Shown: positions 40,187 to 49,785 of the stretch, in pieces
Numbering within the stretch: position 1 is the stretch's first letter
Layout: every line of letters starts with the position of its first letter
Translations under genes and position numbers: made by a program
Source of the DNA: Verrucomicrobiota bacterium
GTDB taxonomy: Bacteria; Verrucomicrobiota; Verrucomicrobiia; Limisphaerales; AAA164-E04
Direction: 5' to 3'
Length of the DNA stretch: 64,000 nt
Assembly: GCA_047947115.1 (NCBI GenBank)
Contig: CP170459.1
Coordinates: forward strand, 4,736,001 to 4,800,000
Notes under the pieces: generated by a model
What the model saw: only the letters and a program-made list of their open reading frames with translations
What the model was told of the DNA's origin: nothing
Databases searched by the model: none

Positions 40187-41671
40187 TCAGGATTTTTGTT
40201 TTCTGAAAAATTGAATCACCAACGGACTGATCAACATGATGATCAGCATACAAGCCATTACCGCACAGAATGGGCGGGTTAGAAACGGCAGCCAATCCCC
40301 TTCGGTCTTGATGAATCCGGTGCGCATGTTTTTTTCCACCATAGGTCCGAGGATCAGCCCGAGAATGAGAGGAGCCAGGGGAATGGCAAGCAGTTCCAGC
40401 CCAAAACCAATCAACCCGAACAACCCCATCACATAGACGTCGAACATGCTGCTCTGCAAGGCGTAGGCCCCCACCACCGAGAAAATCACCACAGCCGTCA
40501 GCACCCAGTGCCGGGGAAGTTTCAAAAGTCGATCGAAAGCCTTGATCCCTATCCAACCTGCCGGAAGCAGGAGAAGCTGCGTGATCAGAGCGATACCAAA
40601 GATCGCTTTCACCTGATCGCCACTTTGTTCAAAAATCATGGGACCAGGTTTGATGTCGTAAACCATCAAAGCCCCCAACACGATGGCCGTTACAGCATCC
40701 CCCGGAATTCCGAACACCAAAGCCGGAATCCATGCACCGGCGACAGCCGCGTTATTGGCGCTGGTGGGAGCCATCACCCCCTCCTCGGAACCTTGTCCGA
40801 ATTTTTCCGGCTCTTTCGAGGTTTTCTGAGCCAGTCCATACGATGCCCACGCGGCAATATCCGCTCCAGCACCGGGCAGAGCGCCTATCACGGTGCCGGC
40901 AACCGAAGATTGGGAGATCAGTCTTTTTCGTTTCCAGAGGGTCCGAAACAGTTCGGCGAAGGAGAAACCTTTACCAGATGATCGAATGCCCGTTGTCGTT
41001 GTGTCTACGGTGATCGTCGGTTTCCAAATGTTACGAAGCACTTCGGAAAGACCAAACAAACCAATCATCACCGGGATGAATTGAACACCGTCCATCAGAT
41101 CAATCTTGCCATAGGTAAACCTCTGAGCCCCACTGATAACATCCAGACCGACGGTGGACAACAAGAGTCCCAGGCAAGCAGCCAGCAAACCGTTCAAAGT
41201 GTTGCCCGCACTGACGATCGCGCTCATGCTTAATCCAAAAATGGCCAGCCAGAAATACTCGAACGAGCTGAATTTCAGCGCAAACCTGGCCAATTGAGGA
41301 GCCAGGAAGATGAGCAGACAAACTCCGATGATACCTCCGATACACGAACACCACAAATCCAGGGTCAATGCAATCGCCCCCTTACCCTGACGTGACATCT
41401 GGTGTCCATCCAGAGTTGCCGCTGCCGAAGCAGGTGTACCCGGAATGCGCAAGTAAGTTGCGGGAATGTCTCCGGCAAAAATGGCCGTAAAACTGACACC
41501 GATGATCATGGCCAAACCTGCGTTGGCGGGCAGGTAATAACTCATGGGAACAATCAATGCCACTGCCATCGTCGCGGTAAGCCCGGGTGTGGCCCCCACA
41601 AAGATACCGAACACCATCCCCAACATCCAGGGAATCAATGTGCCGGGATGAAGTAATTCAAGCCAGTTCAT
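40187..41671 (-). CDS. tctA: Tripartite tricarboxylate transporter permease TctA
   Basis: GATPGLTATMAVAL, RIPGTPASAAATLDG, SANNAAVAGAWIPALVFGIPGD. Confidence 0.92.
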   Translation of the reverse strand: MNWLELLHPGTLIPWMLGMVFGIFVGATPGLTATMAVALIVPMSYYLPANAGLAMIIGVSFTAIFAGDIPATYLRIPGTPASAAATLDGHQMSRQGKGAIALTLDLWCSCIGGIIGVCLLIFLAPQLARFALKFSSFEYFWLAIFGLSMSAIVSAGNTLNGLLAACLGLLLSTVGLDVISGAQRFTYGKIDLMDGVQFIPVMIGLFGLSEVLRNIWKPTITVDTTTTGIRSSGKGFSFAELFRTLWKRKRLISQSSVAGTVIGALPGAGADIAAWASYGLAQKTSKEPEKFGQGSEEGVMAPTSANNAAVAGAWIPALVFGIPGDAVTAIVLGALMVYDIKPGPMIFEQSGDQVKAIFGIALITQLLLLPAGWIGIKAFDRLLKLPRHWVLTAVVIFSVVGAYALQSSMFDVYVMGLFGLIGFGLELLAIPLAPLILGLILGPMVEKNMRTGFIKTEGDWLPFLTRPFCAVMACMLIIMLISPLVIQFFRKQKS

Positions 41672-41690
41672 CTGCAGTTCGCTTCAGATG

Positions 41691-42641
41691 TTAGGCAAGG
41701 AGATCCATCGCTTTTCGCATGGATCTTGCCAAAACAGCCAGACCGGCTTCTCTGGGCATCTCACGGAAGGGACGGTTGAAGGGTTCAGCCATCAAAGGAG
41801 CCTTCACACCTTGCGCAGCAAGTCCGTTCAGGAAGCCAGCTGTATCAATCACTTCCGTTGACGCAGGCATTTCACGGGTTCCGTCCTGAAGGAAGGGCCG
41901 ATCGATTCCTACCGGAGCATCATTCAGTTCCACACTGACGACATGTTTGGGCTCGAGGAGTTTAAGATCTTCAACTGTATCCTGTGCATTATGCCAGTGC
42001 CAGCAGTCCATCACCAACCCCACGGTGTCCAACCCAATGGCATCGATCAAATCCAATCCCTCACGCAGTGTATGAATGAAGGGAAATTTCCGGCGATTCC
42101 GAAGTGATTCCGTCCCGACATACTCCATGCCGAAGCGAAGTCCATGATCCGCCAGCACACGACCGATCTCTGCAAGGCGACGACGATGTATTTTAAAGTT
42201 CTCCAGATAAGTCCATTCATCGTGGCATGGCATGATGTAAGTGATGGCACTTTTCACTCCGGCCTTGGCCAATGCATCCGCTTGTTGAGGAAGTTTTCGA
42301 ATCCCATCCTGAAATTTACCTTCGTCATTACGGAAATCGACCGGCATGCTGGAGGTGCCCCATTGAAGCTTTTTGTCGGCCAGGGTTTCGGCACACTCAT
42401 CAAAGTCCCTTTGGCTCCATTGGCTCACTTCCTCCGTGTGCGCACCCACCGATTCAAATCCAAATTGTCCGGCCCATCGAATGGCGTCGTCTTGTTTGCC
42501 CGGTATGCCCAGTTTCCAGACCGTAAGATCCATCGTAAAAGGCTTCATCGTGTCTGATGCCGCTTCAAGAGCCGTCGAACGATATGCCAGCGCTGCAGCC
42601 GACATCATCCCAGCTTGGCGCAACCAATGGCGACGAGTCAT
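41691..42641 (-). CDS. Tat-exported sugar-phosphate isomerase/epimerase (TIM barrel)
   Basis: TRRHWL signal; FGMEYVG, GLVMDCWHWH, VELND, AEPF. Confidence 0.8.
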   Translation of the reverse strand: MTRRHWLRQAGMMSAAALAYRSTALEAASDTMKPFTMDLTVWKLGIPGKQDDAIRWAGQFGFESVGAHTEEVSQWSQRDFDECAETLADKKLQWGTSSMPVDFRNDEGKFQDGIRKLPQQADALAKAGVKSAITYIMPCHDEWTYLENFKIHRRRLAEIGRVLADHGLRFGMEYVGTESLRNRRKFPFIHTLREGLDLIDAIGLDTVGLVMDCWHWHNAQDTVEDLKLLEPKHVVSVELNDAPVGIDRPFLQDGTREMPASTEVIDTAGFLNGLAAQGVKAPLMAEPFNRPFREMPREAGLAVLARSMRKAMDLLA

Positions 42642-42842
42642 TTTGAACACAGCGGAATCGGACTTCTCGATAGAATCGGGCAATGGTTCATGCATCCCCT
42701 ACTGTTACTGAAATGGTTGATGAAGGTCAATGTCAGGATCATACCCCTAAACCAATCATGGTTCACACTGAATCGAATCATTAACCTGTTGATCAATTCT
42801 ACGAAACATGCACTCTTTTCGTCGTCGTTTTGATTTATTGTT

Positions 42843-43688
42843 ATGATTGTTTACTGGAACGGACAATTCATCCCAAAGGAACAGGTAAGGGTTTCGCCCG
42901 ATGACCGTGGATTCCTCTTTGGCGATGGCGTTTATGAAGTCGTTCGTATTTATAACGGACGTTTTTTTGAGATGGAAGCCCATGAGCAACGCTTGATCGA
43001 AAGCGCCAATGCAATTGGATTGGCACTTCCTGGATTTAAAGGCATGGGTGCATTTGCACAAGAACTGCTGGGGCACCAAACGCTGCCGGACGGCAATGGC
43101 GTGCTGTATTACCAGATAAGCCGCGGAGCAGCGCCGCGCAAACACTTCTTTCCGGATCCTCCCATCCAAGCAAGTCATTATGCCTACATCCAGGCACTTC
43201 CGCTTCCCGACCTGGCGACTCGCCCGGGTGCAGCGGTCCACACCGGTCCGGACCGACGCTGGGCCAACTGCCACATCAAATCCATAGCACTTCTGGGGAG
43301 TGTCCTGGCCGCCCAGGAAGCAAAAGACAAAGGTGGCCACGAAGCCATCTTGCATCGCGACGAACGAGTCACGGAAGGTTCCCACACCAACGTCTTTGCG
43401 GTGATGAACGGTTCCCTCCTCACTCATCCTGCAAATCAATGGGTCCTCAATGGCATCAATCGCCGGGTCGTGATCGAATTGGCCAAGGAAGCAGGCATTC
43501 CATGTTCGGAGAAAGCCTTCACACTTTCCGAATTAAAACAAGCGTCGGAAGTCTTTCTCACCGGAACCACGGTGGAAATATGGCCGGTTGTTTCAATAGA
43601 TGGCATGCAAGTCGGAGACGGACAAACCGGCTCCGTTGCCCGCCAGTTGCAGAGCCTTTTTGATCGCGGCAAAGATCGCCTGGCTTAA
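42843..43688 (+). CDS. Class IV aminotransferase (D-amino-acid transaminase-like)
   Basis: DRGFLFGDGVYE, YYQISRG, HIKSIALL, VTEGSHTN, EVFLTGT. Confidence 0.9.
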   Translation: MIVYWNGQFIPKEQVRVSPDDRGFLFGDGVYEVVRIYNGRFFEMEAHEQRLIESANAIGLALPGFKGMGAFAQELLGHQTLPDGNGVLYYQISRGAAPRKHFFPDPPIQASHYAYIQALPLPDLATRPGAAVHTGPDRRWANCHIKSIALLGSVLAAQEAKDKGGHEAILHRDERVTEGSHTNVFAVMNGSLLTHPANQWVLNGINRRVVIELAKEAGIPCSEKAFTLSELKQASEVFLTGTTVEIWPVVSIDGMQVGDGQTGSVARQLQSLFDRGKDRLA

Positions 43689-44656
43689 TCTTTTTCCAAT
43701 TTGGGGTTGCTGTTCTTCATGAACCGGTACAAGTCACTGTCAGTCGAAAGAATCATGGTCGTTTCACCTTCGATCACCGTTTCGTAGGTCTCAAGCGTCT
43801 TCAGCAATTCATAGAAAGCCGCTGATTCTCTGGATTGATTGTAAGCGCTGGCATAGATCTCCGTGGCTTTTGCATCCGCAGCACCCTGGATTTCCTGAAT
43901 CTGCTTGTAGGCTTCTGATTCGATCTGTTGCATGTCGCGTTCCTTGTTCCCCAGAATACGAGCGGCCTCACCGGCGCCTTCGGAACGAAAGCGTTCGGCG
44001 ATCTGCTGGCGTTCACTGATCATGCGTTCATAAATGCGTTGACGCACGGTTTCGTTGTAGTTGATTCGCTTAAAACGAATATCCAGCAGCTCAATACCGA
44101 AATCTTTCAGTTTTTCGGCGGCCTGCTGATAGATTTCTTCTTCGATCAACGCTCTGCCTTTGGTGATCGGATAAAGCTGCCCCACGTTACCCGGAGCATC
44201 GGACAGTACTTCGTCCACAACCGGTTCACGATCCTTGGTGGTGCGCACGATTTCGATCAGTTCATGCTTGGCGATCGCGTTGCGTGTTTCACTGCCGAGG
44301 ATGTCGTCCAGACGAGACTGAGCACTGCGTTCATCTCTCAAACGAAGGAAAAACTGTTTAGGATCCTGAATGCGCCAGCGTCCAAAGGTATCAACCTCGA
44401 TATAAGTCTTATCCTTGGTCGGCATTTCGTTGGACTGCCCGTCCCAGGCAAGAATGCGTTTTTCAATTTGATTCACATTCTGAATAAACGGGATTTTGAA
44501 ATGTAACCCGGCCGATGTGATGGGCTCCCCGACAGGTTTGCCAAATTGTGTGATGATAGCCTGTTCCGTTTCGTGAATAGTATAAGCGGCATTAAAAACA
44601 AAAAATGCGCCGACGAATACGATTATAGCGAAAAATGTAGCTTTGACTGATTGCAT
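43685..44656 (-). CDS. hflC: FtsH protease modulator HflC
   Basis: AIITQFGKP, GLHFKIPFIQ, RMISERQQIAERFRSEG; downstream of hflK. Confidence 0.93.
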   Translation of the reverse strand: MQSVKATFFAIIVFVGAFFVFNAAYTIHETEQAIITQFGKPVGEPITSAGLHFKIPFIQNVNQIEKRILAWDGQSNEMPTKDKTYIEVDTFGRWRIQDPKQFFLRLRDERSAQSRLDDILGSETRNAIAKHELIEIVRTTKDREPVVDEVLSDAPGNVGQLYPITKGRALIEEEIYQQAAEKLKDFGIELLDIRFKRINYNETVRQRIYERMISERQQIAERFRSEGAGEAARILGNKERDMQQIESEAYKQIQEIQGAADAKATEIYASAYNQSRESAAFYELLKTLETYETVIEGETTMILSTDSDLYRFMKNSNPKLEKD

Positions 44657-44671
44657 GATGATATCTCCCGA

Positions 44672-45649
44672 TCACTTGTTTCCGTCCAGTTGCAACAGCG
44701 GCAGCACTTGATTGGCCTCTGCATCCATGATGATTTTCCTGCCCATTTTCGGCACCACACTCTTCATGGTTTCCAGATACATGCGCATCCGCGTTACTTC
44801 AGGCGCTTTGGCGTATTCCAGAAACATGGCATTGAAACGGGTGGCATCCCCTTCCGCTTCGTTGATTCGTTTCAAGGCGTAACCTTCGGCGGCTTTGATC
44901 TTCTGATCCGCCTCACCTCGTGCCAACGGCACCACCTTATTGTATTCCCGATTGGCCTCGTTCACGAGTTGCACGCGCTGCTGCTGTGCTTGGTTGACTT
45001 CATTGAATGATGCTCGGACGGGATCCGGCGGATTGACGTCTTTGAGTTGAACCTGGTCGATACTCAACCCCATCTCGTATTTGTTCACCAATTCCTGCAA
45101 CCGTTGCAGCACGAACACTTCGATCTCCTGACGTCCAACCGTGATGACTTCATCCACTGTCCGGTCGCCCACCACTTCACGCATGACGGATTCGGAAACG
45201 GCTCTCAAGGTATCACCAGGATCTCTCACCTGAAAAAGATACTGCCTGGGATCGTTGATGCGATACTGAACAATCCATTCGACCGTTGCCGCATTCAGGT
45301 CTCCGGTCACCATGTTCTTTTCATTTTCCCAGCTTCTCGAAGAGGAGTACTGTCTGGGATTCGTTGCCCCGGCAGTTCCAAAACCAAATTCCTGCTTCAA
45401 CTGACGTCTGACAGGAACAATCTCCACCGAATCAATACCGAATGGCATCTTGACCCTCAAACCCGGATCAACCGTCTTGATGTACTTTCCAAAACGAAGC
45501 ACGACGCCCTGGGACTCGGCCTGCACGGTGTAAAACATGGTGAACAACGCAACCAGGATCAGGGCCGCAATGGCCCCCATCATGATCACCCGCAACTGAA
45601 TTCTGTGGTCGTTGAAGTTGGCTTCAAAGACGTTTTTCATCTGACTCAT
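44672..45649 (-). CDS. hflK: FtsH protease modulator HflK
   Basis: GVVLRFGK, MVTGDLN, VPLARGEA, APEVTRMRMYLET. Confidence 0.93.
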   Translation of the reverse strand: MSQMKNVFEANFNDHRIQLRVIMMGAIAALILVALFTMFYTVQAESQGVVLRFGKYIKTVDPGLRVKMPFGIDSVEIVPVRRQLKQEFGFGTAGATNPRQYSSSRSWENEKNMVTGDLNAATVEWIVQYRINDPRQYLFQVRDPGDTLRAVSESVMREVVGDRTVDEVITVGRQEIEVFVLQRLQELVNKYEMGLSIDQVQLKDVNPPDPVRASFNEVNQAQQQRVQLVNEANREYNKVVPLARGEADQKIKAAEGYALKRINEAEGDATRFNAMFLEYAKAPEVTRMRMYLETMKSVVPKMGRKIIMDAEANQVLPLLQLDGNK

Positions 45650-48600
45650 GGTTTTTTACTAAATTGTGGCTTGGTCCGATCGCCGCCGGATTCCAAGTAA
45701 GCAAGCAGATCCAATATTTCCTCCTTTTTCAAAACTTGCAACAATCCTTCCGGCATGGGAGAGAGTTTGGATGGTTCCCTTGCACTGATGTCCGTCTTTT
45801 TGACAGTCGTGACAGTGGAATCGTAGGGGTTTTCCTGCAAATCGAGGCTACTGTCTGTTTCCCCAACCAATCTCCCGACAAATTGTTCTCCGTTCTTGGT
45901 TTGAACTTTTTCGTAGACGTATTGTTCGGAAAGCACCTTGGATGGATGCATGATGGAGTCCAGAACATCCAATCTTGAAAAACGGCTGCTGATCGCGGTT
46001 AGTTCGGGCCCTACCGATCCTCCCTCGTTGCCAAAACGATGACAGGCGCCACATTGCGCAGCCTGATAAGCCAGTCGTCCCTGTTCAAAGTCCCGCCCTT
46101 TACCAACCTGGTCGAGTTGTGATTCGATGTCGCTCATGGTCCATTCGGTAAATTCACCACGCGTCAGAATTGGATTCGGGGGCAGTTCCCGGTCCACCGT
46201 AAGGCCTCCGTCAAGAATGTCCTTGAGGGCGTTTTTTTCAGCATCCGTCAGGTGCGCCAGCGCGTCATTTTTGATATTAACCATGAATTTGTTGAAACTG
46301 GCACCAAAGGAGAATCCACGCCCGGCCTCCAGAAACCAGGACAAGGTTCGCGGAGGGTGCTGAATGCTGTTCAGATCCTTGTTAAACCAACTGAAATAAC
46401 GTCGACGCTGTTCCAATGTCCAGCCTTCCGACACATTCCGGAGGGTGAAGATGTAGTGCAATTGGTCCTGATGATATTTGGTCTGATCCACCAAGGCCAA
46501 GGTGTCTTCGATGACGCCGGGGACGTTAAAGTAAACGTCGATGCGGCACAGTTCCTGATTCACTTTTTCACTCGGTGACGGGTAAAGCTGGTCAACAGCG
46601 CCGGCAACGAGTTGCGCGGTGTTGGCAGAAGGTTTTCCCATGCGAACGAAACACAACTGCAGGATACGTGCTGCCTGCAACTGCTGTTCTTCCGTCAAAG
46701 CAGGACCACTCACTTCCTGAAGCTTTTCCAGCAGAGCATCTTGCCAGCCATTGGTCCCGACCCGGGCCAAAGCAAGAAGGCCGGTTAAACTTCCCTGCAC
46801 GCTGTATTCATCCAACAAGCGATCACTCCATGCTGTGACAGGCTGGCTTTCAATCGCGACACGGGCGGCATAGCGTATAAAACGATCCGAACTCCGCAGG
46901 TGAGGCCAGGCGAAGGCAACTGCCTGGGAATCGATTTTTCCATGGAAGGATTCCAATCGACGTCTCAACATCCGGGCGTCGGCTTCCTTGGTATCTTCGT
47001 AGGAAACCAGATCGGTCGGTTCCTGTCCTTCGTAGGTCACTCGATAGAGTCCGGACTGGGTACCACGGCCTCCTATCGCAAAGTAAAGCGCGCCATCCGG
47101 GCCTACTTCCATATCAGACACATTCAGAGGACGCCCCGACACGAAGGTTTCCTTCGATGCATAGTAACTGGCTCCATTCGGAATCATGTGAATGGCAAAT
47201 ATCCGGCCATAGGACCAATCCATCACGTAAAGCGCCTTCTGGTATCGCTCGGGAAACTGTGCTCCATAACCAAAACAAACGCCCGTCGGGGAACCGATCC
47301 CGACATCGATCAAGGCAGGTAGACTGTCCTCAAAATATTCCGGCCATTTACTGGTACCGGATCGCCAGCCGTATTCCCCGCCCACGACTGAATGGATCAC
47401 CCGGGTGGGACGGTACCATGGCGTTCCCCAATCCCATTCCATGTCGCTGTCATAGGTGAAGATTTCTCCGTCGGCGTTGAAATCGAAATCATAGGAATTG
47501 CGGTAACCGGCCAGCAATAATTCCCAGTGTTTTCCTTCGGCATCGGTTCGCACGATGTATCCCCCCGGCGCCATGACACCGGTGGCGTGACCGTTGGCAT
47601 CCCATTGACGCGGCAGTAAATGATCTTCCGCAAAATTTCGGTGAGGCGAGTTGTCGGCCACTCCTTCCGGGACACGGGTATGATTGCCGTTCATCATGTA
47701 AATCATCCCATCAGGCCCCAGTCTCAATCCGTGGTAACCATGTTCCCCTTCTCCGCGGATGGATTTCAAAAAGATCGTCTCATCGTCGGTCCATTGGTCA
47801 TCCTGATTGCGGTCGATCCAGCGATATAAACCGGTTCCGTTCGGGCCGTGACCATTGATGTAAAGACTGTCATGAGCATAAAGCAACCCCATGGCATGGC
47901 GCACTTTGGTGTTTGAGAACGTTTCCACCACCGGCGAAGAGGAATCCAACTGACTGACTCGGAGGAGCGGATCTTCATCTGATTGCGGGGAAAGAATGAT
48001 TCTGCCCTGCCCGTCAAAGGTCATGGCGATCCAGGAACCCTGCCCACGTGCCGAGGAAAGAACGCGTTCCACTTTGAAACCTTCAGGCACTTTGATGGAA
48101 TCCGCTGCGGTGGCTTCCTTGCCGTTGAATACATTTCCCCAAGGTTGGTCCCCCAATTGGGCGACCACTGAAACACGATCCCACTTGGAATCATCGAAAA
48201 CCGGGTTCATCCAGCCTTCCCCGGATTCGTCCGAGGACAACCACCAGCCGTCCGTGGCAATATTGGGATTCGGGCCATTGGGACGTTTAACATTCAACCG
48301 GGCCATGACACCGGCGGAACCTCCACGGTTCATCGCCCGGATGGCCAGCACATTGCGTCCCTGCTTCAAACCGGTGGTCACATCGGCAAAGGCCGGGCGC
48401 TGCCAGTCTCGGGAAACGGCGATGCGTTCGCCATTCAGATAAGCCGCACCATCATTGTCGATGGACATCTCAAAGGAGGCGCTTTCCCATCCCCCGGGCA
48501 ATGTGAACGCGTAACGAAAAAACCTGGGCTCCGAAACGGAATCCGGATTTTCATCCGATGCGTGCCAGATCCAGGATGCACCTTGAACCTGCTGACCAAA

Positions 48601-48654
48601 GCTTGCCAGAACCAGCAAACTCAATGACAAAAAGTTGCGAATGGGACCTCTCAT
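45646..48654 (-). CDS. PVC-type heme-binding sugar-dehydrogenase-like protein with an N-terminal galactose-binding-like domain
   Basis: Signal peptide; IDNDGAAYLNG; GEHGYH, GYRNSYD, DSDMEWD, GSPTG; CGACH, VGPELT. Confidence 0.8.
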   Translation of the reverse strand: MRGPIRNFLSLSLLVLASFGQQVQGASWIWHASDENPDSVSEPRFFRYAFTLPGGWESASFEMSIDNDGAAYLNGERIAVSRDWQRPAFADVTTGLKQGRNVLAIRAMNRGGSAGVMARLNVKRPNGPNPNIATDGWWLSSDESGEGWMNPVFDDSKWDRVSVVAQLGDQPWGNVFNGKEATAADSIKVPEGFKVERVLSSARGQGSWIAMTFDGQGRIILSPQSDEDPLLRVSQLDSSSPVVETFSNTKVRHAMGLLYAHDSLYINGHGPNGTGLYRWIDRNQDDQWTDDETIFLKSIRGEGEHGYHGLRLGPDGMIYMMNGNHTRVPEGVADNSPHRNFAEDHLLPRQWDANGHATGVMAPGGYIVRTDAEGKHWELLLAGYRNSYDFDFNADGEIFTYDSDMEWDWGTPWYRPTRVIHSVVGGEYGWRSGTSKWPEYFEDSLPALIDVGIGSPTGVCFGYGAQFPERYQKALYVMDWSYGRIFAIHMIPNGASYYASKETFVSGRPLNVSDMEVGPDGALYFAIGGRGTQSGLYRVTYEGQEPTDLVSYEDTKEADARMLRRRLESFHGKIDSQAVAFAWPHLRSSDRFIRYAARVAIESQPVTAWSDRLLDEYSVQGSLTGLLALARVGTNGWQDALLEKLQEVSGPALTEEQQLQAARILQLCFVRMGKPSANTAQLVAGAVDQLYPSPSEKVNQELCRIDVYFNVPGVIEDTLALVDQTKYHQDQLHYIFTLRNVSEGWTLEQRRRYFSWFNKDLNSIQHPPRTLSWFLEAGRGFSFGASFNKFMVNIKNDALAHLTDAEKNALKDILDGGLTVDRELPPNPILTRGEFTEWTMSDIESQLDQVGKGRDFEQGRLAYQAAQCGACHRFGNEGGSVGPELTAISSRFSRLDVLDSIMHPSKVLSEQYVYEKVQTKNGEQFVGRLVGETDSSLDLQENPYDSTVTTVKKTDISAREPSKLSPMPEGLLQVLKKEEILDLLAYLESGGDRTKPQFSKKP

Positions 48655-48825
48655 AGTTTTTTTTCGAATCGATGCATGTAAACGGGGACTTTGACCACAG
48701 TCCGCTTTCGTCGCAAGGAGTTTCTTGTGAATAAAAAAGACGGGATCTCTCAGGACTCAGATGCCCTGTCCCTGGTATTGCCTGATAGCCATCCAACAGA
48801 CTAAACTGGCCTTTCAACATAATCC

Positions 48826-49722
48826 ATGAAACGCGCGCATCCCATCCTTCGCCCCGCTTCGACCTGGCTCCCATTCATGCTGGCAACCTTTTTTGCGCTC
48901 ACCTCCAGCACGGGAATCACACAGCTTTCAACTCTGTCCAATCTGAATGAATTCCCAACCCTATTTGAAAACCCTCCCACCGTCGCGGGAAATCCAGCGC
49001 CCGGCAAGCGCATCAAAGGAACGACCTCCGGTTGGAAGGACACCAATGCTTATCACACCCTCTATCTTCCAACAGATTGGACACCCGACATCCAATGGCC
49101 TGTGATCGTTGAATATCCGGGAAATGGAGGCTATTCCAATGCTCTGGGAGATGTCAGCGAAGGGACGGTTGAAGGCTGTATGATGGGCTACGGGCTTTCC
49201 GGCGGAACTGGATTCATCTGGATCTCGATGCCCTTTGTCAGTGCGGCGGGACAAAATGCCGTCAAGTGGTGGGGGGATATTGAATCCACCAAGCGTTACT
49301 GCATCCAAACTGTGAATGCTGTTTGCGAGCAATACAACGGCGATCCTTCACGGGTCATCCTGGCAGGATTCTCACGCGGAGCCATCGCCTGCAACTACAT
49401 TGGACTCCACGACGACTCCATTGCCGATCTTTGGTGCGGCATGATCTGTCATAGCCATTATGAAGGTGAATTCAAACATCCCGCACCAGATGAATCCGAA
49501 TGGCCCGACCGATTGAAACGGCTGGGCAAACGACCGCAATTCATCAGTCACGAAATGTCGGTCCACCCCATTCAAAAAGTGATTCAACATGCCGGTTTCG
49601 AAGGCAACCTCACTTTTCAAGCACTTCCATTCAAAAACCACAGCGCCAGATGGACCCTCTGCGATCTTCCTTTGAGGAATCAAGCCAGACAATGGCTGCT
49701 GCAATTTGGAAATCAGCCCTGA
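48826..49722 (+). CDS. Secreted alpha/beta-hydrolase-like protein
   Basis: LYLPTDW, WPVIVEYPGNG, nucleophile elbow LAGFSRGA. Confidence 0.65.
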   Translation: MKRAHPILRPASTWLPFMLATFFALTSSTGITQLSTLSNLNEFPTLFENPPTVAGNPAPGKRIKGTTSGWKDTNAYHTLYLPTDWTPDIQWPVIVEYPGNGGYSNALGDVSEGTVEGCMMGYGLSGGTGFIWISMPFVSAAGQNAVKWWGDIESTKRYCIQTVNAVCEQYNGDPSRVILAGFSRGAIACNYIGLHDDSIADLWCGMICHSHYEGEFKHPAPDESEWPDRLKRLGKRPQFISHEMSVHPIQKVIQHAGFEGNLTFQALPFKNHSARWTLCDLPLRNQARQWLLQFGNQP

Positions 49723-49785
49723 TCCTTTGGTCAACAGAAAGGATTCTTGAACAAACAATGGTTTCCCCGGCATATTCTCGTCATC